Positions 33,109 to 43,067 of a stretch of DNA of 60,151 bases are shown here, one piece after another. The notes under the pieces were generated by a model. The model searched no databases. It was not told the DNA's origin and saw only the letters and a list, made by a program, of their open reading frames with translations. Source of the stretch: Poseidonia sp. (lineage in GTDB: Archaea; Thermoplasmatota; Poseidoniia; Poseidoniales; Poseidoniaceae). The stretch lies in assembly GCA_030827365.1 (NCBI GenBank), contig JAUREO010000005.1:1-60151 (forward strand). Reading direction: 5' to 3'. Within the stretch, counting starts at the first letter, position 1. Each line of letters opens with the position of its first letter. Position numbers and translations under genes: made by a program.

Positions 33109-33684
33109 ATGGGAGACTACGTTGTCTGCATCTCCGGAGCCTCTGGAGCAATCTACGGCATTCGCCTTGTTGAAGTGTTGACATCTCATAACCATGCGGT
33201 CCGTCTTGTTGTTTCCGATTCGGGGAGATTGACATTGTTACATGAATGCAACACCACACCTGAAGAAGTTGCAGCTCGAACAGGTGCATTTTTGGAGGAT
33301 GCAGAAAATGTTGCAGCAAAGTCCGCTTCCGGTTCTGCAAAAATCGATGCGGTTGTGGTTTGTCCTTGTTCTGGAACCACCATTGGAAAACTTGCTGCAG
33401 GCATTAGCGATAATCTCATCACTCGGTCAGCAATTGTTGCTATGAAAGAACGTAGAAAATTAATTATTGTACCAAGGGAAGCACCATACGCAACTGTGCA
33501 CCTTGAAAATTTAACAAAACTTTCTTCATGGGACACCATCATAATCCCTGCATCACCCGGGTTTTATCATCATCCAAAAACAATAGACGATTTGATTGAT
33601 TTCATCATTGCTCGAATTTTGGACCATCTTGGACTCGGAATTGAACTATCTGAACGTTGGACTGGTGACGAAATCGATGTATAA
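33109..33684 (+). CDS. ubiX: Flavin prenyltransferase
   Basis: 'ISGASGAIYG', 'ASGS', 'PCS', 'GISDNLITR', 'KERRKLIIVPRE', 'PASPGFYHHP'. Confidence 0.93.
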   Translation: MGDYVVCISGASGAIYGIRLVEVLTSHNHAVRLVVSDSGRLTLLHECNTTPEEVAARTGAFLEDAENVAAKSASGSAKIDAVVVCPCSGTTIGKLAAGISDNLITRSAIVAMKERRKLIIVPREAPYATVHLENLTKLSSWDTIIIPASPGFYHHPKTIDDLIDFIIARILDHLGLGIELSERWTGDEIDV

Positions 33685-33772
33685 TTCACCTAACTTGGTC
33701 GAATATCAAAACATCCACTCAACCATGCAGTTCATCAATAAGGATAACGTGGAGCGCGTTGAGGCGGCTTGA

Positions 33773-35521
33773 ATGAGTGGAGGCTATGTGGCATTTACAG
33801 TTCAGGAGCTCCGAGAAGAGGCAAAACAAAGGGGGCTACCTGTCTCCGGAAACAAATCAGAATTGATTGAACGTTTGCATCAATCCGATGTAGCTTTAAA
33901 TAAATTCAACAACGATGAGGTTGATGATGATTCACAAGTCTCAGTCATCATGCAACGTCTACGAGAGCCTGCTGTCGGACCAATATCTCTTGGAGGGGTG
34001 ATTGCTTTCGGTATTGCGATCATGCTTGTGAGCACTGTTCTTATCGTAAGGCCTGCATGGCTTGGCTTCGGAGAAAATTATGATTATGAATTGATTGATT
34101 TTGAACAAGATTCCGCACGCCGATTTGCAGAAAATCTTGTCTCGTTTGGGCATCCCGATTGGGAAGGGAGAATGAGTGGCACCTCAGAAGAGAGGAATGT
34201 TTCAGAATACATTTTGTCTGAATTTGAAGCCATGGGTATGAAAGGCACCCTTCATCCGTTTGACGTACCAATGCATCATGTCAATTCAGAACCAAGTTTT
34301 CGTGTTTGTGTCCGAGGAGGATTAGGGCTAAGCCCTTGTGATGGTGCTCTTTCATTCACTTCTGATGTCACATCATTTCAACACAGAATCGATTATGTGA
34401 TTCAAGGTTTTTCTGGACAATCCGAATATACCTTCAATCAAGATGTACAAGTCACAGATTTGGGAAATGGGAGTGATGAAGGAGTTTGGCAACAAGCAAC
34501 TGGAACTTTGGGTTACATCCGAAGTGGAGGAACTATTTCGGGAAATACTGCAATGTACGTCAAAGCAGTTGAAAATGATCTTGCAGGGTTAATTCGCGTG
34601 AATAAAGATTACAATTGCGGGAAAATCGAAGGAAATGACTGCGTACCCATCTTCAAGGGTTCTTCTATAGATTCAATTACTGAAGCCAATGGCGGGTCGG
34701 TGCCCACCGATATTCCGTTTATTGCTATGTCCAAAGATGCTGGTGAACTTTTTGAAAGTCTAGTATTCAATGGCTCACAGAACGCTGCCGTTGAGTTGAT
34801 CATCGATGTGACAAATGACCAACAAAGGACGGTATATGTTCCGTGTGGCGATATCGATGGCAAGACGAGTGAAGTCATCATCGCAGGCGGACATCACGAC
34901 ACAGTCTATCATGGTCAAGGTGCAATTGACGATACTTCAGGTAGTGCAAGTGTGCTTGAAATGGCACGGCAAATCAGTTCAATAGTCAACAAAACAGGTC
35001 AACCGGATAGAACAATTCGGTTTTGCACTTGGGGAGGGGAAGAAGAAGGATTGTATGGAAGCCGTGCGTATGTTGACAAATTCAAATCTGAATTAAAACA
35101 AGATTTGCGATTATACATCAATTTGGATATGAACCATGTTGACGCTGATTTTGCAAATAGAGGAAATAGCCTTACCCTCTTTACCAACAATGAAGATGAT
35201 TATGACCACATTGTTCGAATAATGAAATTGTATAAAGACGAACGTCCAGAAGTAGCGAATAAATATGACATCCTTACATTATTGCTTGAAGGTCAAAAAG
35301 GAGAACCGAATGGTATGCCTTACAACTCTGACCATGGTCCATTCGTGTATGATTTAGGTGAATCATATCGAGGCCGAGCTGTCGTGTGTTATGGAAGTGG
35401 TAGTTGGGAATACCATACTTACCTTGACACGCTCGATCGTTTCAACGAAGAATCGCTTGGTGTTTCCGTTACTATTTACGGAACGTATATGCGATACCTT
35501 GCTTACAATCCTGAAATGTGA
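33773..35521 (+). CDS. M28 family peptidase with N-terminal SAP domain and TM anchor
   Basis: 'TVQELREEAKQRGLPVSGNKSELIERL' (SAP), TM, 'GGHHDTV', 'GAIDDTSG', 'WGGEEEGLYGS', 'INLDM', 'SDHGPF', 'YHT..DT'. Confidence 0.85.
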   Translation: MSGGYVAFTVQELREEAKQRGLPVSGNKSELIERLHQSDVALNKFNNDEVDDDSQVSVIMQRLREPAVGPISLGGVIAFGIAIMLVSTVLIVRPAWLGFGENYDYELIDFEQDSARRFAENLVSFGHPDWEGRMSGTSEERNVSEYILSEFEAMGMKGTLHPFDVPMHHVNSEPSFRVCVRGGLGLSPCDGALSFTSDVTSFQHRIDYVIQGFSGQSEYTFNQDVQVTDLGNGSDEGVWQQATGTLGYIRSGGTISGNTAMYVKAVENDLAGLIRVNKDYNCGKIEGNDCVPIFKGSSIDSITEANGGSVPTDIPFIAMSKDAGELFESLVFNGSQNAAVELIIDVTNDQQRTVYVPCGDIDGKTSEVIIAGGHHDTVYHGQGAIDDTSGSASVLEMARQISSIVNKTGQPDRTIRFCTWGGEEEGLYGSRAYVDKFKSELKQDLRLYINLDMNHVDADFANRGNSLTLFTNNEDDYDHIVRIMKLYKDERPEVANKYDILTLLLEGQKGEPNGMPYNSDHGPFVYDLGESYRGRAVVCYGSGSWEYHTYLDTLDRFNEESLGVSVTIYGTYMRYLAYNPEM

Positions 35522-35540
35522 AGAGAAGGAGGCAAATTGA

Positions 35541-35831
35541 ATGGTAAAACCTAGTGCATGGGCCTCGCATATTCTTGTTGAATCAAAGTCTGAGGCAATT
35601 CAACTCAAACAAAAGATTGGCAAACTCAAAGATTTTCAAAAAATTGCACGCAAGAAAAGTTCATGCCCCTCCAGTCAAAAAGGTGGAGATTTAGGTTGGT
35701 TTCGTCAAGGCCAAATGGTTCCTGAATTCGATGCAGCAGTTTGGGAAACACCTATCAAAGAAACCTCTGAACCTATCAAAACAAAATTTGGATATCACTT
35801 AATTTGGGTTCATGATCGAGAAGACCAGTAG
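35541..35831 (+). CDS. ppiC: Parvulin-type peptidyl-prolyl isomerase (single domain)
   Basis: 'ASHILV', 'SSCPSSQKGGDLGWF..GQMVPEFD', 'KTKFGYHLI'. Confidence 0.92.
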   Translation: MVKPSAWASHILVESKSEAIQLKQKIGKLKDFQKIARKKSSCPSSQKGGDLGWFRQGQMVPEFDAAVWETPIKETSEPIKTKFGYHLIWVHDREDQ

Positions 35832-36209
35832 GTGATTGCGGTGCGAACATCAGTTGGTTTGGATGCCTACGAAGTTCATGCGATTCACGGCTATTTCGAT
35901 GAAGAACATACCAATACGCAACCTTTTATTGTTTCAGTAAAAGTGACCTTGGTTGATGGGCTTAACGTGAGTGATTTAGGGCACACCATCGATTATGGTC
36001 GATTTCAATCAATTGTGGATGAAGTGTTTCTTCAGTCTCAACCAATCCGTTTGTTGGAACTGCTTGCAAATGCAATAATTGAGCACTTGAAGGACGAATC
36101 TCATATTTCAGAAATTTGGATTCGAATCGAGAAACCAAATGCTCCCTTGCCCCACCCCGGTGGCCTTCCATACATCGAAGTCTTGTGGCAAAACCAAAAC
36201 CAAACTTAA
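35832..36209 (+). CDS. folB: Dihydroneopterin aldolase
   Basis: 'HGYFDEE...QPF', 'DL..TIDY', 'LLELLA..I', 'IEKPNAPL'. Confidence 0.85.
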   Translation: MIAVRTSVGLDAYEVHAIHGYFDEEHTNTQPFIVSVKVTLVDGLNVSDLGHTIDYGRFQSIVDEVFLQSQPIRLLELLANAIIEHLKDESHISEIWIRIEKPNAPLPHPGGLPYIEVLWQNQNQT

Positions 36210-36212
36210 GAG

Positions 36213-36737
36213 GTGAAAGAGAATCCTTTGACTATGAGCGGAACATTTGAAGAGGTCTTTGTTCCAAGTCTTCTTTCAAAGTCTGATGAAACAACTGCAT
36301 TAGGATGTTTTTCATCAGAAGATGTTGCATGGGAAGTTCTCACATCACATTTACAACATGAACTGTCTGAAAAATATTGTTCCGCAAGTATCCTCAAATG
36401 GGTAGTGGATGTTGTTGGCCCAGAAGCCTTTGAAGTTCGGACTACAATGACATGCCGAGAATGTCCAGCCTGTCGAAGAAGTACATTTTGGATTGATTTT
36501 GAATCCTCAAAGGGCCAGTGTCATCAAGTTGCATGTCAAGCATGGCTTGAGGAAAAATCCGAAAATGAAGTCCACTGTGGCTGGCCTCCTGTACGCTATT
36601 CAAATCAAGTTTCAAGTCTTTCTGAAGCAATGAAGGCATTGCATCAAAGAGCCAGTGAAGCCGATGCAGCAGGTTCACCTGGCGTTGGCGTTGAGTTAAC
36701 TGATGATTCTGAAAATCATTGGTCCAACAATGCCTAA
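36213..36737 (+). CDS. Hypothetical Cys-rich (probable Zn-binding) protein
   Basis: 'CRECPACRR...CHQVAC'; fills the gap after folB. Confidence 0.6.
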   Translation: MKENPLTMSGTFEEVFVPSLLSKSDETTALGCFSSEDVAWEVLTSHLQHELSEKYCSASILKWVVDVVGPEAFEVRTTMTCRECPACRRSTFWIDFESSKGQCHQVACQAWLEEKSENEVHCGWPPVRYSNQVSSLSEAMKALHQRASEADAAGSPGVGVELTDDSENHWSNNA

Positions 36738-36971
36738 TACGAAGAAACCAAAGAAGATAAACATCCAAAGCCGAACAGATTTCTGATTTTTTTCGTCTTT
36801 GATATTTTTGTCGATGCATTCTTGTTTTTTACAAACGCGTGGCTCGGCTTGGACCGAAATGGGCTCATGACAAATTCGGCAATGTTTGTGTGGGGCCACC
36901 TTTTGGGTCGAATTCATGATATTTTTACCGGTATTTTTCATCAAATTTTTTACTTTTTGAGCATCGACCAT
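36696..36971 (-). CDS. DUF2116-like Zn-ribbon membrane protein
   Basis: 'PHKHCRICHEPI...VCKKQEC' plus C-terminal TM; GAGGTGA SD; directly downstream of pyrH. Confidence 0.8.
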   Translation of the reverse strand: MVDAQKVKNLMKNTGKNIMNSTQKVAPHKHCRICHEPISVQAEPRVCKKQECIDKNIKDEKNQKSVRLWMFIFFGFFVLGIVGPMIFRIIS

Positions 36972-36980
36972 TTCATCACC

Positions 36981-37682
36981 TCAAGGTTGAACAACCGTTC
37001 CTTCAAACTCAAGACCTGTAATTGCTGCCTGAATTCGCATTGTGTCCCTACCATCGACAACAAGCAATTTCATTTGACCATCAATCGCCTTTTTGATGGC
37101 TACAGGGTCAACTACGGTGGATGCACCAGGTTCAAGTGCCTCTCCACTCAATTCAAGCAACTCATAAAGTCGAAGAGATGAAATTGGTTGAGCATCAGAA
37201 TGATGTCTCGGGTCCTTGGTAAATACATGAGAGACATTGGTGGCGATGAGGCAATGTCTGGCTTGAATGAAACATGCTGCCTCGACCGCCACGGTATCTG
37301 TTGTTTGACCTGGCTGTGTGCCTCCCATGACAACGATATCACAATCCTTCAAGGCATGCTCAAGTTCAGAAATTACGATTGGAATTGAGGAAGAAACATT
37401 TAGTCCGTGCGATAAAAAAATTTGTTGCAACAATGTCGCATTGAGCCTTGTTGCGGCAATTCCGATGGTGTCGAGTCGATGTGCAGATGATACGAATCTC
37501 TGAGCGATCGAGATATATTCTCTAGCCGGTGCCCCGCCACCTATGATCAAAACAAATTTCATTCCTTTTTCAACGCCTTGCGTCAAAATTGAGAGTATAT
37601 TGTCAATCCAATCGTTTCTATCGTGTTCCGAATCAGGACGGAGAAGACTTCCACCCAAGGCAATGACTTGGATTTCACCCAT
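36981..37682 (-). CDS. pyrH: UMP kinase (archaeal type)
   Basis: 'LGGSL', 'GGGAPAREYI', 'LDTIGIAATRLNA', 'MGGTQPGQTTD', 'TKDP', 'DPVA', 'GTVV'. Confidence 0.93.
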   Translation of the reverse strand: MGEIQVIALGGSLLRPDSEHDRNDWIDNILSILTQGVEKGMKFVLIIGGGAPAREYISIAQRFVSSAHRLDTIGIAATRLNATLLQQIFLSHGLNVSSSIPIVISELEHALKDCDIVVMGGTQPGQTTDTVAVEAACFIQARHCLIATNVSHVFTKDPRHHSDAQPISSLRLYELLELSGEALEPGASTVVDPVAIKKAIDGQMKLLVVDGRDTMRIQAAITGLEFEGTVVQP

Positions 37683-37801
37683 GTTATCTGCATAAGTGGG
37701 TTACTTTTTCATCATTTCCGTTCTGATATACCCTGCCGATGTCTCAATTAGTGGGGGAGGGTTCAAGAGATTAGGCTTAGCCGTCGATTTTAGGGGCTAC
37801 C

Positions 37802-39043
37802 ATGTCGGAGGATGCGTCATTATCCGCACGTCGACTGAAACTCAAACTTGCCCTCGAAGACCTCCGTGAAATGAGAGGTTTTGGCACTGAGTTGGTCACC
37901 CTCATTATTCCGCCCGACAGACAAATTCACGATGCGAGAACAATGCTTCAAAATGAACATGGTCAGGCTGCAAATATCAAATCAAAAGGTACTCGAAAAA
38001 ATGTACAAGGGGCAATTGAATCAGCGATTTCAACCCTGTCCCGTTACAAAACCCCTGGAGACCATGGGATTGCTATTTTCGTGGGTTCTATCATCGTAGG
38101 AAACAACAAAACAAGAATGGTGAACATCGTTGTTGAAGACCCGCCACAGGAACTCATGTCATTTCGGTATCGATGCGATTCAACGTTTGAATTAACCCAA
38201 CTTGAGGAGATGCTTATCGATAAAAAGTCCTATGCTCTTTTCGTCATCGACCGTTCAGAAGCTGCGTACGGAGTTGCTACCGGAAAACGAATACATGTTC
38301 AAGAACATCTGACATCAAATATTATGGGAAAGCACAGGCAAGGAGGTCAATCAGCACAGCGATTTGAACGATTGATCGAAGAAGCGGCACACAATTTTTT
38401 CAAACGTGCTACAGAACATGCATCCGAGTATTGGTTGCCACATTTGGAAAATATCCAAGCAGTGATTATTGGAGGGCCAGGCGCAACAAAGGATTTTGTT
38501 GTTAAAAATGATTATTTCCATCACGAAATCACAAAGAAGATAACAAAAACAACATTTGACGTTGGTTATTCAAATGAGTCGGGTATTCGTGAGTTAGTCG
38601 ACAATGCTGGTGCGTTGATGGGAGAAATTGAACTTGATGCTGAACGACAGCTCATGAACCAATTTCTCGCTGAATTGGCTCGGGCGCATCCAAAAGCAAC
38701 ATACGGTGAAATGATGGTTCGCAGCGCCCTAGAGCAAGGTGCAGTTGACCGATTACTCATTTCAGAAGGACTACGAAAAAGTCGTATCGAACTCAAATGT
38801 AACAGTTGTTCTCATCATTGGACTGTGACGCTCGGTCGAACTGAAGAATTACCGAATTGCTCATCCTGTAAAAAATCTGATATTGTAGAACTCCAATCCG
38901 AATCCTTAATAGATGAATTTACGAACTTGTCAGCAAAAAGCAATAGTTCTATTTCATTCATATCAAATGATACGGAGGAAGGGGCTCAATTGCTTCAAGG
39001 ATTTGGTGGTATGGCTGCATTGCTTCGGTATTCATTGATGTGA
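37802..39043 (+). CDS. prf1: Peptide chain release factor aRF1
   Basis: 'GTEL', 'ANIKS', 'YRCD', 'GGQS..RFERL', CxxC..CxxC minidomain, 'FGGMAALLRY'. Confidence 0.96.
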   Translation: MSEDASLSARRLKLKLALEDLREMRGFGTELVTLIIPPDRQIHDARTMLQNEHGQAANIKSKGTRKNVQGAIESAISTLSRYKTPGDHGIAIFVGSIIVGNNKTRMVNIVVEDPPQELMSFRYRCDSTFELTQLEEMLIDKKSYALFVIDRSEAAYGVATGKRIHVQEHLTSNIMGKHRQGGQSAQRFERLIEEAAHNFFKRATEHASEYWLPHLENIQAVIIGGPGATKDFVVKNDYFHHEITKKITKTTFDVGYSNESGIRELVDNAGALMGEIELDAERQLMNQFLAELARAHPKATYGEMMVRSALEQGAVDRLLISEGLRKSRIELKCNSCSHHWTVTLGRTEELPNCSSCKKSDIVELQSESLIDEFTNLSAKSNSSISFISNDTEEGAQLLQGFGGMAALLRYSLM

Positions 39044-39052
39044 GGGTATGAA

Positions 39053-40795
39053 ATGAATCGATTAAAACCCATCATCATCAACGAACTTCGTCCTATTTTT
39101 GAAAAATTGGGGATAGATGAGAATCACTGGCATCCCCTCATTCAAACATCGAGGGAATCTAGTCAAGGTGACTTGACACTCCCTTGTTTTCCTCTAGCGA
39201 AGATTGTAGGGAAAAATCCACTTGAGATTGCAAACTCAATTGCGACCGAGTTCCCCTCGGTAGCATCAATTCAACAATGCAATGCAGTGAATGGATATGT
39301 GAACTTCCGTGCTTCAAATGTATGGATGTTTGAGCAATTGCCTTCATGCACTGATTCTATGCTTGAGAAGAAGCAAATATTGATTGAACATACCTCTGCA
39401 AATCCGAATGGGCCTTTCCATGTTGGGCGAGCACGAAATGCAATTCTTGGCGATACACTCGTACGTTTGCATCGTCTTGCAGGCAATGAAGTCACCGCCG
39501 AATATTATGTTGATGATATGGGTAAGCAGGTCGCAGTCCTTGCTTGGGCACTTGAACATCTGACAAAAGAAGAAGTTGATTCGATTTTGGCTGATAAAGA
39601 AGCCGATTCTGGTCAGTGGGAAGGGAAAACCGATCATCAATCCGTCCGTTGGTATCAAGCAGCCCAATCCCTTCGTCAATCATCAGAACGAAAGGATTCG
39701 ATTGAAGAAGAAATTACAACCCTTGTCCACGCCAGTGAGCATGGAAATTCAGAGGTACTTCGTCAATTTGAAAACGCATATCAACCTGTCCTCGATGGCA
39801 TGCTTGAAACACTTCAACGTCTTGGAATCCAATTTGACCGATTTACAAAAGAATCAACATTTGTCATCAATGGTGATGTTGCAACATTGATTGATACATT
39901 GAAAAAATCAGAATTGCATGGAGAAGCAGAGAATGGGGCACTCTTTCTGGATTTAGAGCCACGTGGATTAACTGGAAAAACTGAATTTTTCTATTGTCGT
40001 GGTGATGGTTCATCATTGTATGCAACAAGGGACATCGCCTATCACCTTTGGAAATGGGCGCAATCAGAGAACTTGGTCAATGTGCTTGGAGAAGACCATA
40101 AACTACAGGCAAAACAGGTTGGATTGACCCTTCAAGAACTCAATTCGAAGGCTCCAGAGATTGTTTTTTATTCATTCATTAAATTACCTGAGGGTAAGAT
40201 GTCAACACGAAAAGGCAATGTTGTCTTCATGGACGATTTACTCGAAGAGGCTCATGGACATGCTGCACAGGTTGTTCAAGAATTGAGGCCTGAATATTCT
40301 CATGAAGAAATTTCAACGATTGCAGAGGCGGTGGGTACTTCTGCAGTCCGATTTAACATCATCAAGGTAAGTCCAGAGAAAGGATTCACATTCAAATGGG
40401 AAGATGCACTTGCATTTGAAGCAGGTTCAGCACCATTCGTGATGTACGCCCATACTCGGGCATGTTCAATTAAAGAGAAGGTTGAATCATCAAAAAAACC
40501 ATCAACATTTGAAATTGAAGATTTCACCAATCTTCCAGAAGGTTGTGAACAATTGTTGAGAGCCCTCATGCTCTTTTCAGACCAACTCGATACATCAGTC
40601 ATGGAAAATAGACCACATATATTTGCCAATTATTTGTTGCAACTCGCAACATCATATCATGCATTTTACCGTGATTGTCATGTTCTTGAAGGAAATGAAG
40701 TCAATACAACATACTATGCCATTTCAGAATTTGCCAAAAATGCATTGAGGAAAGGTTTGGTTGGATTAGGCATCACACCATTGGAATCAATGTAA
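39053..40795 (+). CDS. argS: Arginine--tRNA ligase
   Basis: 'EHTSANPNGPFHVGRARN', 'LYATRDIAYH', 'KMSTRKG', 'YAHTRACSI'. Confidence 0.96.
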   Translation: MNRLKPIIINELRPIFEKLGIDENHWHPLIQTSRESSQGDLTLPCFPLAKIVGKNPLEIANSIATEFPSVASIQQCNAVNGYVNFRASNVWMFEQLPSCTDSMLEKKQILIEHTSANPNGPFHVGRARNAILGDTLVRLHRLAGNEVTAEYYVDDMGKQVAVLAWALEHLTKEEVDSILADKEADSGQWEGKTDHQSVRWYQAAQSLRQSSERKDSIEEEITTLVHASEHGNSEVLRQFENAYQPVLDGMLETLQRLGIQFDRFTKESTFVINGDVATLIDTLKKSELHGEAENGALFLDLEPRGLTGKTEFFYCRGDGSSLYATRDIAYHLWKWAQSENLVNVLGEDHKLQAKQVGLTLQELNSKAPEIVFYSFIKLPEGKMSTRKGNVVFMDDLLEEAHGHAAQVVQELRPEYSHEEISTIAEAVGTSAVRFNIIKVSPEKGFTFKWEDALAFEAGSAPFVMYAHTRACSIKEKVESSKKPSTFEIEDFTNLPEGCEQLLRALMLFSDQLDTSVMENRPHIFANYLLQLATSYHAFYRDCHVLEGNEVNTTYYAISEFAKNALRKGLVGLGITPLESM

Positions 40796-40796
40796 C

Positions 40797-41906
40797 TTAT
40801 TCACGATGCCATCCATCAGGAAGTTGTAATGGGTCAGTTGCCCATTCTTGATTAACAAGTCGAATGATCTCCAATCTCATTGAGTCAAGACCAACATTTT
40901 CAATCGCTGACATGGTCACAATTTGTTCCGAGTCGAAAAGGAGAGGTAGCTTAGGCGTTCCTATTGAGCCCGCATTTCTCCATTCATTCTCGGTATTTTT
41001 GACTTCATCCCAATTTGAAGGTCGAGGTTGAATAAGATCTGCTTTTGAAGTCACAACAATAGTTGGTGTATCACCGAGTAAGGAACGAACATCTTCAAGC
41101 AAATGCATTTGTTCATGGAGTGGAGTCCCACACTGTTCACTTTTATCGATTAAGAACAAGACGAGTGAACCGATGTTCTCCAGTGCAGCAATGGCTTGCA
41201 TCTCAATGGCATTTCTTTCAACCATTGGGCGATCGAGCAAGCCAGGTGTATCGACCATTTGGTATGGTAATCTTCGATGTGTGAAGTGTCCTACATGGAT
41301 TTGTTTGGTGGTAAACGGGTAATGGTTCACTTCCATATTTCCAGTCGATAATGCGGAGATAAATGCGGATTTCCCCACATTTGGGGCACCACAAACAACG
41401 ATGACGGGTAAACTTTGGTCGACGGTTGGAAGTTTTTTGAGCGTCTCTCTAGCCTCATTTAACCAAAGTAGTGATTTACTTACTTGGCCCACAATAGATG
41501 AAATTCTACCATACGCCTCTTTTCTTGCTTCGTGCATAAGTTCAGTTCTGGCAGTCCGGGTAATTTTTTTCGCATTCTGAGAACTCACCTTCATGACTTG
41601 ATTTGCAGCCCATTGTAGATTCGACAAATGATGTCGATATTCATCACAACCCACACATGCATCGATTAATGCAAGGTCAAATTGTGCAGATTGGTCTAAT
41701 GATGGCCATGAATTCACCGTCTCCAAAAGTTGAGTTGAAATAACATCAGCAGAGGTTTGTACCATTCTTGAGAGTTGTTTTCGTACACGAAAGGTCCTGT
41801 CTTGGTCTTCTACCCTGTCAGCTGCTTTTTTTGCTCGTGAGAACGCTTTGTCGAGGATTTCATCCTCGAGAAGGACCGTTGGCAATGACTTCCATGACAC
41901 CTTCAT
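40797..41906 (-). CDS. NOG1-family GTP-binding protein
   Basis: 'GAPNVGKS', 'YPFTTK', 'DTPGLLDR', 'NAIEMQA', 'SKAD'; start moved to ATG 41906. Confidence 0.9.
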   Translation of the reverse strand: MKVSWKSLPTVLLEDEILDKAFSRAKKAADRVEDQDRTFRVRKQLSRMVQTSADVISTQLLETVNSWPSLDQSAQFDLALIDACVGCDEYRHHLSNLQWAANQVMKVSSQNAKKITRTARTELMHEARKEAYGRISSIVGQVSKSLLWLNEARETLKKLPTVDQSLPVIVVCGAPNVGKSAFISALSTGNMEVNHYPFTTKQIHVGHFTHRRLPYQMVDTPGLLDRPMVERNAIEMQAIAALENIGSLVLFLIDKSEQCGTPLHEQMHLLEDVRSLLGDTPTIVVTSKADLIQPRPSNWDEVKNTENEWRNAGSIGTPKLPLLFDSEQIVTMSAIENVGLDSMRLEIIRLVNQEWATDPLQLPDGWHRE

Positions 41907-42018
41907 TTGCCTGCCCCAACCGACACGAAATCCTCCGTGTTCATGAACTGATGGGGTCAATCATGCCTCGTACCTTTCCAATAGAGAGGTTGAAAAACGG
42001 TCGCTTTGTGTAATTGTC

Positions 42019-42462
42019 ATGGCCAAGAAAAAGCCGAGTTTCCAACTGCCTAATTGGGCATTACCAATATGGGAAAGTATGGGTTCACCAAACCTATCCG
42101 AAGTTCAAGCAACGTTGCATGGTGATTTATTGGAAAGGCGAAATGGACTTCGCAAAGACGACATCGTCGAGATTCTTCTTGATGCACGTGCATTTACCGA
42201 TGGTGCAGACATCATGATTCGAGGCGTATTGCTCTCAACAGGAAAAGGTAGCCTTGAAGTCCTCGTCGATGATGGAACACGTCAATTTATTTCCCGAGAC
42301 GTTATTGTAAAAATTACACTCATCGCTCATACACGACCTGCGTACATCGATGATCAAGAACTAGTTTCGTTTGAAAGGGAAGATATGAAGAGAAGGTCAA
42401 AGCTTCACGAGCGGGTCGAAAAAGAGAGTACTGGAGACACAGACTCACACCTCTGGGGCTGA
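42019..42462 (+). CDS. Hypothetical 147-aa protein with Sm/LSm-like core
   Basis: 'IVEILL...IRGVLL...SLEVLV...QFISRDVIVKI' strand pattern; own promoter-like box. Confidence 0.55.
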   Translation: MAKKKPSFQLPNWALPIWESMGSPNLSEVQATLHGDLLERRNGLRKDDIVEILLDARAFTDGADIMIRGVLLSTGKGSLEVLVDDGTRQFISRDVIVKITLIAHTRPAYIDDQELVSFEREDMKRRSKLHERVEKESTGDTDSHLWG

Positions 42463-42466
42463 GTTT

Positions 42467-42709
42467 TTGGACCTGCCGAAGCCTTGGCGAATCGAAAATG
42501 AAAAACTTGTAGCCCAATTCAATTTTTCAAATTTTGAAATGGCAAAACGGTTTGTTGATGAAATTTCGATCTTGGCCGAAATCCAAAATCACCATCCAGA
42601 CATATCATTTGGTTGGGGATATGTGCATCTCATGCTTTTCTCTCACGATGAACAAAAAATTACGCAACGAGATCTCGTTCTCGCAAACGCAATCTCAAAT
42701 ATTGATTGA
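42467..42709 (+). CDS. phhB: Pterin-4a-carbinolamine dehydratase
   Basis: 'F.FSNF..A..FV', 'AEIQNHHPDI', 'SHD...IT.RD..LA..I'. Confidence 0.9.
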   Translation: MDLPKPWRIENEKLVAQFNFSNFEMAKRFVDEISILAEIQNHHPDISFGWGYVHLMLFSHDEQKITQRDLVLANAISNID

Positions 42710-42713
42710 GGTG

Positions 42714-43055
42714 ATGAGATTGACCAAGGATACGAATGATGAACCTGGTTATCTTAAGCATGTATTTGTGTGTGGTCATGAACGACCAGAGGGGGCGTTG
42801 CGACCTCATTGTTCAGGGAGAGGAAGTCTCCAACTCTTGTCTCAACTCAAAGCATTTTCAAGAGAAGCAGGAATCGAAAAAGTAAGAATTCAAAAATCGG
42901 GGTGTCTCGATTATTGCGAACATGGTATATCCTGTGTCGTTTATCCTGAAGGAGTATGGTATACCCTACAGGCTGAGGCAGATTTGCCATCTATCATTGA
43001 ACATGTAAGGGGTGGAAAAATAGCTGACCATTTGCTCATGAAGTTGGACGGATAA
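42714..43055 (+). CDS. Thioredoxin-like [2Fe-2S] ferredoxin
   Basis: 'HVFVC...HC...GS', 'KSGCLDYCEHG', 'VVYPEGVWY'; start moved downstream of phhB. Confidence 0.88.
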   Translation: MRLTKDTNDEPGYLKHVFVCGHERPEGALRPHCSGRGSLQLLSQLKAFSREAGIEKVRIQKSGCLDYCEHGISCVVYPEGVWYTLQAEADLPSIIEHVRGGKIADHLLMKLDG

Positions 43056-43067
43056 ACCGACTCAGTA

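Noticed and set aside
42534-42713. N-terminal 60 aa of the 173-aa ferredoxin ORF
   Set aside because: Out-of-frame overlap with phhB; ferredoxin similarity begins only after 42714
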